Shown: one piece after another, positions 28,601-38,732 of the stretch
Numbering within the stretch: the first letter of the stretch is position 1
Layout: each line of letters begins with the position of its first letter
IMG/VR virus record: IMGVR_UViG_3300025264_002028
Location: 1-64,000 of that record
DNA from: a virus
Direction: 5' to 3' (one strand)
Length of the DNA: 64,000 nucleotides
The notes under the pieces: generated by a model
Told to the model about the DNA's origin: nothing
Seen by the model: the letters and a program-made list of their open reading frames with translations, nothing else
Databases searched by the model: none
Program-made: the position numbers and the translations under genes

Positions 28601-29375
28601 TGAAATACTCCTTTCTCCATTGTCGACCGGCGGCAAAATGCCTGAGTATAGTATTTTCCTTTGGAGTGGGATTAATATAGAATCTGTTTTCTCCATCTTC
28701 CTCACATATATGTGTTACGTTCCATTCTGTTGGAAAAATTTGCACATTTTCAAGGAGATCATCTATGGAGTAGATTATTTCAGACGACTTATTCATATGA
28801 AATCCATAATTTGGCAATTTGGCAAAAGGGGTCCAGCTATGTAGGGGTAATCCTGTCATAGTATACCAAGACGCCTGCTCCCTAAAAAGTTCCCAATTGG
28901 GCTGTCCAGTTATAGGATTCGTGTGTTCGGGCGCAGAATTATGTTTCATTCTCTGATAAAAATCCTCATTTAACATATTCCTTAACATGTTTCGAGACCA
29001 ATCATTAACTCTTATTGTATAGGCTCCCATACAATGGGTATTGCACGAATCAATAGCATATCCAAAAGATTTTCCCTTGATCGGCTGGAACGGCTGACTA
29101 AAGTTAGCAATTGCTATATCAGCATCTATATGTGACACTATGTCTCCATCTTTAACAAATCCCTCTTCAATCCAGTCGTGAACCAGTTTATGTTTTAACC
29201 ATGTAGGATTTCCTCTCCAAAAATTACCGTCTTTTTCTCTTGGAAGTTTTAATATTTCTACGTATTCAAATCCATGGATATCCGAGTATTTCTGGTTCGC
29301 TTTTGACATAAAACGTACAAAAAACTCTTGCTGAGGCGGTGGGTATTCTGCCATACAAAAAAATACTTTTTTCAT
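28587..29375 (-). CDS. Glycosyltransferase, GT34 (GMA12/MNN10)-like
   Basis: YSDIHGFEY, WLKH, DxD motif IDADI, EQA, WNV, HFA. TAATG coupling with the upstream gene. Confidence 0.65.
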   Translation of the reverse strand: MKKVFFCMAEYPPPQQEFFVRFMSKANQKYSDIHGFEYVEILKLPREKDGNFWRGNPTWLKHKLVHDWIEEGFVKDGDIVSHIDADIAIANFSQPFQPIKGKSFGYAIDSCNTHCMGAYTIRVNDWSRNMLRNMLNEDFYQRMKHNSAPEHTNPITGQPNWELFREQASWYTMTGLPLHSWTPFAKLPNYGFHMNKSSEIIYSIDDLLENVQIFPTEWNVTHICEEDGENRFYINPTPKENTILRHFAAGRQWRKEYFNGTN

Positions 29376-30064
29376 TATACAGCCCTCGCTAAAATCCAAC
29401 ATTGACAACAGTTGTTTTCTTCATTAGTTACTGACCCGCTTTCATTTGATAGTTCGTAAAAATCGGGCCACGTATGGTTTTGAAAAATTTTACAGATATA
29501 GTCATAATTTCCCCACTGTCCCATTTTCAATATCTCAAAACCGTTTAATACAAATAAAACAGCCAGCCCCATTGGTGTGAATCCACCAAAATGAGTGGGT
29601 GTCATATGAGGAATATTTATTGTTGGAACACTTGTAAACACCAACCCAGAAGGATTCATAACATTTTTAATGTTCCGAACGGCTAATTGAGGATTGTATA
29701 GGTGTTCAATTGTTTGACTAAATAAGAAAAAGTCGAATTTTTCATCCACTTGAATTTCTTGATGTAGATCGTGTGGGGGGTATTGTAATATTGTTTTTTT
29801 ATCAAACCTGTCTTCAATGAATTCCAATTCGGGATCTTCATCATCTGTAACCCCAATATGACCAGACAACTCTATCTGACTGGTCCATTCTATAAAATCC
29901 AATATACACCAAACTCTTGGAAAATCATGACCTTTCCATCCGTTATATTTATTCCACACTCCCTTTTCTTTTGTTCCGGTATACTTTGGTACCTTTTTGT
30001 ATTTTTCAAAATAATTTGGTTGTAGTTTTACGTAATTATAATATATATATTCTATGGTATTCAT
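29375..30064 (-). CDS. Class I SAM-dependent methyltransferase-like protein
   Basis: FDFFLFSQTIEHLYNP...MNPSGLVFTSVP...H..P. Confidence 0.7.
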   Translation of the reverse strand: MNTIEYIYYNYVKLQPNYFEKYKKVPKYTGTKEKGVWNKYNGWKGHDFPRVWCILDFIEWTSQIELSGHIGVTDDEDPELEFIEDRFDKKTILQYPPHDLHQEIQVDEKFDFFLFSQTIEHLYNPQLAVRNIKNVMNPSGLVFTSVPTINIPHMTPTHFGGFTPMGLAVLFVLNGFEILKMGQWGNYDYICKIFQNHTWPDFYELSNESGSVTNEENNCCQCWILARAV

Positions 30065-30819
30065 TTATTTCGCAGCTCCTTTAATTGTTCTTTAATGTGG
30101 GCTACCTCCAAATCACTTTGTAGACATCTATTAATGTCTTTCTGGTGTGTGGTTTCAATTATATTTATTTGTTTATGGAAGACATCCTTAATTAAATAGA
30201 GTAAATCGTATTTGCTTATAGGTGTTGTGCCAATTTGCGTTATGTATTCATAATCATCCCAATTTGCAAATATCATCTGGGAAATTTTGGCCCATTGGAG
30301 TACTGTTATGCCGTTCCAGTAATGGTTAATATACCCATTAACACATTCTGTTTGCGATAGGAACCATGACAAAAGTGACTTATTATACTTATCTATACCT
30401 ATAATAGAGGACCTTATGATTTTTAGATTGGTTTTTGTTTTAAAGTGTAATATAGAAGATTTACTGATACCATATACATCTAAAGCGTTACTTTGTTTAT
30501 ATTTACCATACAGTTTTCCTATAGGCAGCTGTCCATCAAACACGCAGTCGGTATCAGGATGTATATATTTTACTTTAGACGGGAGATTATTCATAATAAA
30601 TTGGGGTAGCTCATAATTAATTGTAAAGTCTGCTGTTTTTTGTGGAATAGCGCCTATACAGTTAATCAATAGATCACCTTTAAAATTGCGTATAGTCTCC
30701 TTAAATATTTGAGAAGGCCAGCGGTAGTCAATAGTGTTTAATGTCCAGCTGTACTCATTATAATATTTTGTAACTGCGGTACCTAACATCCCTTTATGGC
30801 CTAAAACTAGAAGGTTCAT
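30061..30819 (-). CDS. NDP-4-keto-6-deoxysugar reductase (RmlD family)
   Basis: LGHKGMLG, INCIG, TDCVFDG, YGISK, IIRSSIIG. Confidence 0.85.
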   Translation of the reverse strand: MNLLVLGHKGMLGTAVTKYYNEYSWTLNTIDYRWPSQIFKETIRNFKGDLLINCIGAIPQKTADFTINYELPQFIMNNLPSKVKYIHPDTDCVFDGQLPIGKLYGKYKQSNALDVYGISKSSILHFKTKTNLKIIRSSIIGIDKYNKSLLSWFLSQTECVNGYINHYWNGITVLQWAKISQMIFANWDDYEYITQIGTTPISKYDLLYLIKDVFHKQINIIETTHQKDINRCLQSDLEVAHIKEQLKELRNK

Positions 30820-31751
30820 TTATAAAAATCCTGTTTTGCCAATATATTTTTTAGTTCCTGTGGAGTCACTACATTATTCATGGAATTATATTCTCCCCCT
30901 TTAAACGAAACCTCATTATACGTTTTAAGTGGGTGCATGATATAACAATCAAAGTTTTCTAAATATTTCATTCTTGGTATCTCTTCTGAGGAAGCCATGA
31001 TTTCATGTATTTTCTCATTTACTCTAGGCTTTCCAATAGTATACTTTAAACCAAACATTTTTTCATATATACTAAAAATATCTTTAACACGAAAGCTTTT
31101 TAGATTGGGAACCACGTTTACGTTTTCTAGACTCAAGGCGTTTTCAACAATATCAACAGCTTCTTCTACACTAATCATAAATCGCGTCATGTGTTCTTCA
31201 TAGAGAGTAAGAGTAATCTGATTTTCAATCGCATTCCATATAAGCGGAATCAGACTGCCCGTGGAATTCATTACATTTCCGTATATAGCTGTACTTAACT
31301 TGGTTTTTATGTTGTCATTATTTAGTATAAAAGATTCTCCCGCTACATATTTTAATGAACCGTATATTGTAGTGGCGGCTCGACTTTTATCTGTACTGAT
31401 AAAACAGGCAGCTTCAAACTTATTACCTATAGCAGCCCTTTTACTATTGATTGCCCCATGTACAATAGTCTGAAGTGCTTCTTCTATATTGTTACTACAT
31501 GCATCAATTTGTTTTAAACTAGCAGCAAATATTGCTATATTGTGTCCGGCACAAGACCGTGTCAATAAAGTTTGGTTTCTCACATCACCAATAATAAATT
31601 TAACTTTGGGGTACATTTTAGATAAATAATAATGTTTAGCTTCATCTCTACTAAAAACGGTAATTTCGTTCTTGTCGTAATATCTGCTTATAATATTTTT
31701 ACCAAGGAAGCCTGCGCCTCCTGTGATAAATATTTTTTTGTTTTCTATCAT
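30816..31751 (-). CDS. UDP-GlcNAc 4,6-dehydratase (PseB/FnlA/CapD family)
   Basis: TGGAGFLG, SRDEAK, GDVRN, AASLKQI, ISTDK, YGSLK, YGNV, MTRF, EKIHE. Confidence 0.88.
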   Translation of the reverse strand: MIENKKIFITGGAGFLGKNIISRYYDKNEITVFSRDEAKHYYLSKMYPKVKFIIGDVRNQTLLTRSCAGHNIAIFAASLKQIDACSNNIEEALQTIVHGAINSKRAAIGNKFEAACFISTDKSRAATTIYGSLKYVAGESFILNNDNIKTKLSTAIYGNVMNSTGSLIPLIWNAIENQITLTLYEEHMTRFMISVEEAVDIVENALSLENVNVVPNLKSFRVKDIFSIYEKMFGLKYTIGKPRVNEKIHEIMASSEEIPRMKYLENFDCYIMHPLKTYNEVSFKGGEYNSMNNVVTPQELKNILAKQDFYK

Positions 31752-32368
31752 TAATCTACCCATCTAATTATTTCAAATGCCTCAGCATGGTCACACCCGC
31801 TTTGTCCACCCCTCACTCTAGCAATTGCTTTGATATGATCCGCACTCCTAAAAGATCTCACCTGTGTCTCAATAAGAGAATATAAATGAAGCTTTTTATC
31901 TATGTCGATTTTAACGAAATGGTTGGGGTTAAATGTTTTATAATTATGATTCCAAAATACCACATGAGGCTGTTCATATATGAGGACCTTTTTAACAAAA
32001 AAGTTGATATCATGCGGTCTCAAAGCTGTCAAACACGCCTCATAGACAGCCCGATGGTCTTGGTTGTATGAAGGATGTGGAATATATATTTTATCAGGCT
32101 GTATTTTATTAATGTATAATTCAATATCTGGAATCAAATCGCTTGCGTTATATCTATTAACTGGGTGATGCAATAGATGAAAAGAAAAGTCTATTTCTTG
32201 CACAACCCTATGAAACTCTTCTACCCTTTCCGCCCTTGTTAAAGCTACATGGCCGTGCTGTTGGTTTTCTGCGAGCCCACAATGCAACACAAACGTATCA
32301 CTACTCAAAATTCCCCCACACCCTAAGACTTCATCGTCTACATGAGGAGAAATTATCATTTGTTTCAT
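31751..32368 (-). CDS. PIG-L/LmbE family N-deacetylase
   Basis: SPHVDDEVLGCGG, HPSYNQDH, ARVRG, AEAF. Confidence 0.88.
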   Translation of the reverse strand: MKQMIISPHVDDEVLGCGGILSSDTFVLHCGLAENQQHGHVALTRAERVEEFHRVVQEIDFSFHLLHHPVNRYNASDLIPDIELYINKIQPDKIYIPHPSYNQDHRAVYEACLTALRPHDINFFVKKVLIYEQPHVVFWNHNYKTFNPNHFVKIDIDKKLHLYSLIETQVRSFRSADHIKAIARVRGGQSGCDHAEAFEIIRWVD

Positions 32369-33003
32369 AATTTGGCTCCCGTTAAATATAGAATTGTATT
32401 GTTTTTACAAGATACAAATGCATTAGGATAGGGATTTTGTAGACATCTAATTTTATTATAGAGTTCTTTAGCTGTCATATTTGTAAAATCTTCTAATTTT
32501 ATTTCACTCATTTTAGGAGTACGACGTTTTTTAGTGTCATGGCTTATTTGTTTGGTTTCCGGTATGTTGGGATAGTGATTGAAAAATTTTATTAACAAAG
32601 ACGTGGTGGCGTGCTCTATGTGATAAAAAACATCTTGAAGATTTCCACGTAAACTAATGTTTTCTTTATAGAGGATAGGCCCTCCGTCTGTTTGGGCTGT
32701 AGCCTTGAATAACGTAACCTTACTCTTCTCTAGTCCGTCTATAATCTGGTTTTGTATTGGAGAGCCTCCAGCATAATTTGGTAGATCTGATGGATGTGCC
32801 ACTATTGTATAGTTTGAAGACACATATTCGTCAGATACAATCCAACTCCACCCCAACAATATAGTGACATCAAAAGAATTTGTTTGAGTAATTTCATCAA
32901 ATTGTTTAGTAGTTGTTACAAGTGATACATGAGGACATTTAGAGCGTATAGAGTTATATACGTTTAAGGCCCAGTTTCTATAGGCACAAAATAATATTTT
33001 CAT
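32365..33003 (-). CDS. Formyltransferase (Fmt-like, probably a sugar N-formyltransferase)
   Basis: GWSWIV, HPSDLPNYAGGSPIQNQI, DGGPI, IRCLQNPYPNAF. Confidence 0.85.
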   Translation of the reverse strand: MKILFCAYRNWALNVYNSIRSKCPHVSLVTTTKQFDEITQTNSFDVTILLGWSWIVSDEYVSSNYTIVAHPSDLPNYAGGSPIQNQIIDGLEKSKVTLFKATAQTDGGPILYKENISLRGNLQDVFYHIEHATTSLLIKFFNHYPNIPETKQISHDTKKRRTPKMSEIKLEDFTNMTAKELYNKIRCLQNPYPNAFVSCKNNTILYLTGAKL

Positions 33004-33791
33004 ACCGAAGTAACCTTTCTGTATTCTGTCTTATAGTCTGACAGTATAAAGTGGTATGTGCGTGAATCACCGTCAGTTGATCTTCTTCCAAAGTCAATTC
33101 CAATTATAGAATGTGTCCAATCAAACCAAGACTCACTAATGTCTGGCCTTGAGTCTCCTATTATATTATCCCATTGTGGATAACTTTCTTCTGGTATAAC
33201 CCTTTTAATTTCATGGGGAGTCTGTTGCCATTTTTTGTGAAAAAAAGGACCCGATATAGCACATTTAGCACCATCTTCTTTTAAAAGAGGGCTTTTCCAT
33301 GTTTGATCATATTCACATGATAATGATTCATAATAGGCTAAATTGGCTAATCTTAAACGTAATACGAAATCATCGTCTTCGCATCCTCCTCCATAAAATC
33401 TCTGATCAAACCATCCTATTTTTCTAAAGACTTCTTTAGTAAGAGCTAAAAAGGCTACATTCCATTGTCCCACTACTGCATAGCCCCTATGTAGAAGTTG
33501 TAGCATAAAAGTAATTTCTTCTGGATTTGGAATTACTCTGTCATTGACCAAAATAACAGTTTCAGTTGGAGAAGTTGCTACAGCTTCATTCATTAATTCT
33601 GAATATGAATCATATGCTTCTGGTCTTCTGTCAATTCTATTGTTCCAGTGTATATTAAATTCATTATTTAATGGCTCTAATTTTTGCATCTGATTTTCTA
33701 CAACCTTAGAATCAGATCCGGCGTGTAAGCAGATGGTGATATCTTTTTCTAAATATTTTGGAGAAGGATTATGTGGATTTCTAGAAAACAT
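33000..33791 (-). CDS. Glycosyltransferase, GT2-like
   Basis: KIGWFDQRFYGGGCEDDDFVLRL. Confidence 0.75.
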   Translation of the reverse strand: MFSRNPHNPSPKYLEKDITICLHAGSDSKVVENQMQKLEPLNNEFNIHWNNRIDRRPEAYDSYSELMNEAVATSPTETVILVNDRVIPNPEEITFMLQLLHRGYAVVGQWNVAFLALTKEVFRKIGWFDQRFYGGGCEDDDFVLRLRLANLAYYESLSCEYDQTWKSPLLKEDGAKCAISGPFFHKKWQQTPHEIKRVIPEESYPQWDNIIGDSRPDISESWFDWTHSIIGIDFGRRSTDGDSRTYHFILSDYKTEYRKVTSV

Positions 33792-34609
33792 TATTCATTC
33801 CTAATTCTTGAATTGTATTCTTGAGTGGCTTTCAAGATAGACGTATCTAAAATTTTATCCTCTAGCAGCTTTATTAAACCGCTTAAATCTTTTGGAAAAC
33901 ATGAGCCGCCAAAGCCAAATTTTCCGTCTGGTCCCGGAACCTTCCAGTGAGAACTACCTAGTCGGGAGTCAGAGTGATGAACAATTTCTATCAGGTTATT
34001 ATAATCTATATTTAGCGCTGAACAAATTTCAAACATATGATTAGCAAATCCTACACGCACAGAAAGATAGGAGTTTATAAGATACTTAATAAGTTCTGCT
34101 TCGGTTGGAGACACTTTAATAACTTCGGCATTGGGCCACATCGCCCTATAGTAGTTTTCTAGCCTACGCCCTAAAATATCATTGTTTAAGGGAATTCCAA
34201 GGATATGTCGAGTAGAGTTTCTAAAGTCTTCTTCTGCATTTCGTTCTGTTAAGAATTCGGGATTTGCTACAATAGTCAAATTATCAAACCGCAGTTGAAA
34301 ACGGTAAGTGCTCCCCGGCACTAAAGTAGACTTAATTAAAATGATTGGTTTAACAGATAGTTGTGTTGCATATCTATCTAATAATGACAAGGAGTTTTCA
34401 ACAATGTCTATATAGCATCGTCCCTCCTTGTCCATAGGAGTTGGGAGGCATAAATAAATTATTTCGCAATTTTCAATTATATTTAGATAACCATCGTTAA
34501 TATCTAAATCGTCTGTTATATCATATGAATACGTAGTGTGAGAGGAGCCTGACAAAAATTTATATATAGCTCCCCCCACAAAACCCCTACCTATTACTCC
34601 CACATCCAT
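33791..34609 (-). CDS. UDP-glucose/GDP-mannose dehydrogenase family (lacks the C-terminal domain)
   Basis: GRGFVG, CLPTP, IKST, NPEFL, AELIKY, catalytic FGGSCFPKD. Only 272 aa. Confidence 0.88.
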   Translation of the reverse strand: MDVGVIGRGFVGGAIYKFLSGSSHTTYSYDITDDLDINDGYLNIIENCEIIYLCLPTPMDKEGRCYIDIVENSLSLLDRYATQLSVKPIILIKSTLVPGSTYRFQLRFDNLTIVANPEFLTERNAEEDFRNSTRHILGIPLNNDILGRRLENYYRAMWPNAEVIKVSPTEAELIKYLINSYLSVRVGFANHMFEICSALNIDYNNLIEIVHHSDSRLGSSHWKVPGPDGKFGFGGSCFPKDLSGLIKLLEDKILDTSILKATQEYNSRIRNE

Positions 34610-35360
34610 TGATTTCTCCTTCTATATACTGGCTAACTGCTTTTGGGGATATATCTCTATAATATCTTCTAGTTGCTTCACTAATGGTCCTAAGTTTATC
34701 AGGATTTGTTAGTATTGTTTTTACTATTTGGTAAACATTTTGAAGAGGTATATAGGGAGCATTTTTATAAACCCAATTATCTGGCTGTGACACCGTAAGT
34801 ATCACACAAGAAGCGGCACAAGCTTCAAAAAATCTAAATGATTCTGGACTTGCTGTTCCATGAGGACAAATAGCTATCTTTGTATCACACAATATCTTTG
34901 AATAGGATTCACAATCCAGACCCCTGTTGAAGCCTTGATAGAAGCCAAAAAAAGAATTGATAGAATCATCCATTAAAAATTGTGGTATCTCTTTATACAA
35001 ATCGAACCTATTGTTTGCTAGTTGTCCCACAAAGGAAACGTCAAAATTTCTTTCTAGAATATTTTTTTCTGTAACTACAAAATCTTTAGATGGACCAAGC
35101 GGTAACGGTCTTAACTTGGGATGTTGTCCTTCATAACAGTATTGCTTAAATATTAATTTAACAGATGGATCATTTATTTCTTCTGGAATTCTATATGATT
35201 CATCAGCATTCATTAAAATTATTTTTTCTTCTTCAGTATCTGGAAGAGCATCTCCAAAGTTTTTGGCTACTACTGTAATATCTACATTAAGATGCGAAGA
35301 TATTTCAGAAAAAAACCTTTTTTCTAGATTATTATCAGGTGTTATGTCAATGTATTTCAT
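34587..35360 (-). CDS. Exostosin/GT47-like glycosyltransferase
   Basis: VSFVGQ, KIAICPHG..SPESFRFFEA. Confidence 0.65.
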   Translation of the reverse strand: MKYIDITPDNNLEKRFFSEISSHLNVDITVVAKNFGDALPDTEEEKIILMNADESYRIPEEINDPSVKLIFKQYCYEGQHPKLRPLPLGPSKDFVVTEKNILERNFDVSFVGQLANNRFDLYKEIPQFLMDDSINSFFGFYQGFNRGLDCESYSKILCDTKIAICPHGTASPESFRFFEACAASCVILTVSQPDNWVYKNAPYIPLQNVYQIVKTILTNPDKLRTISEATRRYYRDISPKAVSQYIEGEINGCGSNR

Positions 35361-35366
35361 TTTGCC

Positions 35367-35550
35367 TCAATATAGATTGGGATAATCTGTACAAATTCCA
35401 TAACAATCAAAAGGTTCTTTACCCCAGTCGGACGCAAACTTTCCGTTATTCGGTTTACCAAAAACAACTACAACTGAGCTAGGAGTTTGTTCCTTCTTTA
35501 ACCATATGGAAGCTCCTAATTTGTCCAGACAAACACAAAGCTGTTTTCAT
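35367..35550 (-). pseudogene. Deletion scar: 5' stub of one gene joined out of frame to the 3' stub of another
   Basis: ATG at 35550 gives MKTALCLSGQIRSFHMVKEGTNS* (stop at 35479). A second frame gives ...QTPSSVVV...DCYGICTDYPNLY* (stop at 35367). Confidence 0.6.
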
Positions 35551-36434
35551 TATACAAACCTTTCAAGCGTTTGAACAAGCTGGGTAGCTCTCATTTTTGT
35601 AGTTCCATTCTGTAATAACCACTCACGCTGTTTACAAACCATATCTATATATTCTTTGGTTGGTGAGTTCTTCACCAAAAGTCTATTGATAAGTTTTTCT
35701 AGCTCATCAAGACTACTATAGGAAAAACAAGGTAAATTTTGTGGAGCACACAAAGGTGGCTTTTGATCATAATCCCTAAACAATAGACAAGCTCCACTAG
35801 CTAATATTTCATAATGACGCAGGGAGTCCCACCCTCCTTTCTTGCATGTTAAGCCAAACCAAGACGATGCCATATCATTATAATAGTTGGTTTCGTCGCT
35901 AAAAACATAAAATTGTCGGGCTGCTGGTCCTAAAATTTGGGGACCAAATACAGCGTAAGGAGGAGCTGTTTTTTGTATAACTTGCTGTTTATTATTAAAT
36001 AACATTGGACGAATTCGGTGAGAAGGAATACCAAATCCGGTGGGATATACATCTTCAGACTCTTTAAATAATTCTCTTTTAAAACAAGGGATTTTAGAAA
36101 TTGTATTGTGGTCATGACCATCTAAATACCAAACACCATGTTTAGCAAGACTGTCTATTTCTGGTATATTTGTTACCCCGTAAGCATCTGTTACCCCATA
36201 TAATACAAAGTCTACCTCGTCTACTTTTCGATTAGAAACCTCTTCAATAGGATATGTTAACAAGCTAAATCCCCAACCATGAAGCTCGTTCTTAGGAGAT
36301 TCAGAAAAATCTCCATACATAATTTTTTTTCTAGGAAAGTCTATACAATCATCACCTAAAACCTCTCGTAAGCCATGCAGCATAGACACTTCTTGATAGT
36401 CTCCTTCAGATGAAGTAACGTATAATATATTCAT
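35550..36434 (-). CDS. Glycosyltransferase-like protein (GT-B)
   Basis: YLDGHD, FKREL, KKGGWDSLRHYEILASG. Confidence 0.65.
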   Translation of the reverse strand: MNILYVTSSEGDYQEVSMLHGLREVLGDDCIDFPRKKIMYGDFSESPKNELHGWGFSLLTYPIEEVSNRKVDEVDFVLYGVTDAYGVTNIPEIDSLAKHGVWYLDGHDHNTISKIPCFKRELFKESEDVYPTGFGIPSHRIRPMLFNNKQQVIQKTAPPYAVFGPQILGPAARQFYVFSDETNYYNDMASSWFGLTCKKGGWDSLRHYEILASGACLLFRDYDQKPPLCAPQNLPCFSYSSLDELEKLINRLLVKNSPTKEYIDMVCKQREWLLQNGTTKMRATQLVQTLERFV

Positions 36435-37261
36435 TAGTCTTTCCATTCGTTGAGTTTATCTAGTATCCTATCATAACATCCTTCATAAGAGTAATATTTT
36501 TTATATACCTTTCTACCTGCGTCACGCATATCATTTATTTTGTTTTGACTCATCATACTTAAATATCCATATAGATGTCTAAGCTTTTTAGCACTACACA
36601 ATACACCATACGACTCAAAATCCACCATATCATGAAAAGGTATCCAAGGCTCATCGTATATATAAACAGGAATTGTACCATAATTAAGAGCCTCACATAT
36701 TCTAAAAGATGTTTTTCCGTACCCTCTAGGGCATAAAGCAAATATAGAACTTTTCATCGCAATTTCAAAACCTGTGACACCCATCCATTCACTGATAAAA
36801 ATATCGTCGTATTCATGAAAATAATATTGCATTTTTTGCCTAATTACGTGTCGCCCCTTAATGGCTCCTACAAAACTACAAAGCAACTCTCGTTGAGGTT
36901 TGATAAAAACTGTGTTTGGTCGTGGCATACAATTTAATGGGTATGCATAATCTCCCATGCCACCACTAGCAAATGAATATAGATCTAAGTTTTTAACATT
37001 ATGAAGAATGCCGTCGTCCCACTGAACTACAGTAAAATATTCTTTGTCTTTATCTAGAGAGTCAAGATATAGCTGTAGGTCTGACATATCGTCTTTGCCA
37101 TAGTTTTTAGCAACATAATAATTAGTCCAGCAGACGGGAAGATACTCTTTACAAGTGTCTGGACGTTCTTTACTAAATCTATTATAAAAATATTCTTCAA
37201 AGATTGTAGTATTATAAGGAGGGTTCTCATGATTAGTGGGAATTGCAAAATCAGGCATCAT
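36434..37261 (-). CDS. Exostosin/GT47 family glycosyltransferase
   Basis: CSFVGA, SIFALCPRGYGKTSFRICEALNYGTIPVYI..EPWIPF. Confidence 0.82.
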   Translation of the reverse strand: MMPDFAIPTNHENPPYNTTIFEEYFYNRFSKERPDTCKEYLPVCWTNYYVAKNYGKDDMSDLQLYLDSLDKDKEYFTVVQWDDGILHNVKNLDLYSFASGGMGDYAYPLNCMPRPNTVFIKPQRELLCSFVGAIKGRHVIRQKMQYYFHEYDDIFISEWMGVTGFEIAMKSSIFALCPRGYGKTSFRICEALNYGTIPVYIYDEPWIPFHDMVDFESYGVLCSAKKLRHLYGYLSMMSQNKINDMRDAGRKVYKKYYSYEGCYDRILDKLNEWKD

Positions 37262-38085
37262 ATTAAGTCTCCCACGTAATACTTTGAGGTCGGCTGCCAA
37301 CTAGCGTGCCACAAATGGCACGCATAACTCCAAGGTTTTAGATAAGATTTAATGAGTTCTTCCGTTGCTTCATCTCTATATCTAGCTGGAAATGGATGAA
37401 AGGATTGAGAAGGAAAAATAAGAATATTGTCTAGGGCAGTCCATGACCATGATCTTATGTAGTTTATAATACTTTCAGTAAGTACCCACGGACCAGTTTG
37501 ATAAAGCACCTTAGTTTGATCGCAGGCAATATTCCATGGATTTTCTAGTGTACAACGCTCAATACACAAGTCTAGAATGGGATGGTCAATAGAAGATGCC
37601 ATAATACCATTATTCATTTGTACTGATCTCTCCAAACATATACCCGCATAAAAAGAACACTTGTCATGAATACTAGTAAACTCTGATGAGAGACATAGAA
37701 AGTCTACGTCCACATATAGGCCTCCATATTTTTTTAATATCTCATACCTCAATATATCCGATTTGTTACCCCAACTAGGAGAGGCCAAATATAGGGTCTT
37801 AGTCTTCATTTCTGGCAAAAATTCTTCTACCTCTTCATTGCCCCATGTTTTCACTTCAAAGTCTGGATTTTTATTCTTCCAGTCTTCTATATTTTTAGCA
37901 TACCATTCTGGCATTGGCGCACCAAGCCATATAAAATGTATAATTTTTGGTATAGGATTATCATGTGTGGTTTGGTCTATATTTTTTTCATAGATTTTTT
38001 TAATAAGAAGCCAATTGGCATTCTTTTCTGCGTAATTCCTATCAAATAGAGACGTTTCTATTTCACACATATCAAAAAAATTCAT
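37258..38085 (-). CDS. GT32 (OCH1/SUR1-like, DxD) glycosyltransferase
   Basis: IPKIIHFIWLG, KSDILRYEIL..YGGLYVDVD, TGP, HLWHASW. Confidence 0.88.
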   Translation of the reverse strand: MNFFDMCEIETSLFDRNYAEKNANWLLIKKIYEKNIDQTTHDNPIPKIIHFIWLGAPMPEWYAKNIEDWKNKNPDFEVKTWGNEEVEEFLPEMKTKTLYLASPSWGNKSDILRYEILKKYGGLYVDVDFLCLSSEFTSIHDKCSFYAGICLERSVQMNNGIMASSIDHPILDLCIERCTLENPWNIACDQTKVLYQTGPWVLTESIINYIRSWSWTALDNILIFPSQSFHPFPARYRDEATEELIKSYLKPWSYACHLWHASWQPTSKYYVGDLI

Positions 38086-38732
38086 TGGGCGTCCTTCATA
38101 TAAAAGGCGTCTCCCCAGCTTTCTGATTGCCACGCTACAAGCTCTCTAGTAAAGCCAAAACCTTGGAGGTAATTATCAATATCTCCGATAAGAGGACACT
38201 GGGCATATACTTCATCTCTGTTCACTTCCGCTATAATATAATCTATATGTTTCAATGATTTTTCTGCGCCTTTAAAAACTTCTAGTTCATATCCTTGTAC
38301 GTCCACATTAATAAAATTATATTCTTTGATATCAATATCAAAAGTAGAAATAAAATTATCTAACTTATAAACTTCCACTGACTCTTTTTTCACAAATTTT
38401 ACATTAGGGTGTTCAATAAGATGTTTCTTGGGTTTCAGTAATGAACTGGATGCTCCTGACCCATTTTTAATTCCTCCCTCTGTATGAGATATATACATGT
38501 CCATTAACTGATCATTTACATTACCAAGAGCTACGTTATGCACGTTTTCAGCAGCTATACATTTATTCTTTACTATTCTAAACAGGTCTTTTTGTGGCTC
38601 AAACAATACAGTATTAGATAGACCTACGGTCCTATAAAGTTCCAGCTCCTCTCCGGTATATGCTCCTATGTGGAGAACACCCTTAATCTGCATATTATAT
38701 TTATTAATTAAGGCAACCAAATTAAAAATCAT
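38082..38732 (-). CDS. FkbM family methyltransferase
   Basis: LHIGAYTG, FEP, ALG, SSSLL, NVDVQGYELEVFKG, WGDAFY. Confidence 0.88.
   Translation of the reverse strand: MIFNLVALINKYNMQIKGVLHIGAYTGEELELYRTVGLSNTVLFEPQKDLFRIVKNKCIAAENVHNVALGNVNDQLMDMYISHTEGGIKNGSGASSSLLKPKKHLIEHPNVKFVKKESVEVYKLDNFISTFDIDIKEYNFINVDVQGYELEVFKGAEKSLKHIDYIIAEVNRDEVYAQCPLIGDIDNYLQGFGFTRELVAWQSESWGDAFYMKDAQ

Noticed and set aside
32365-33003. Methionyl-tRNA formyltransferase involved in translation
   Set aside because: Only 212 aa with a truncated C-terminal domain, and coupled to sugar-modifying genes; a sugar formyltransferase is more plausible.
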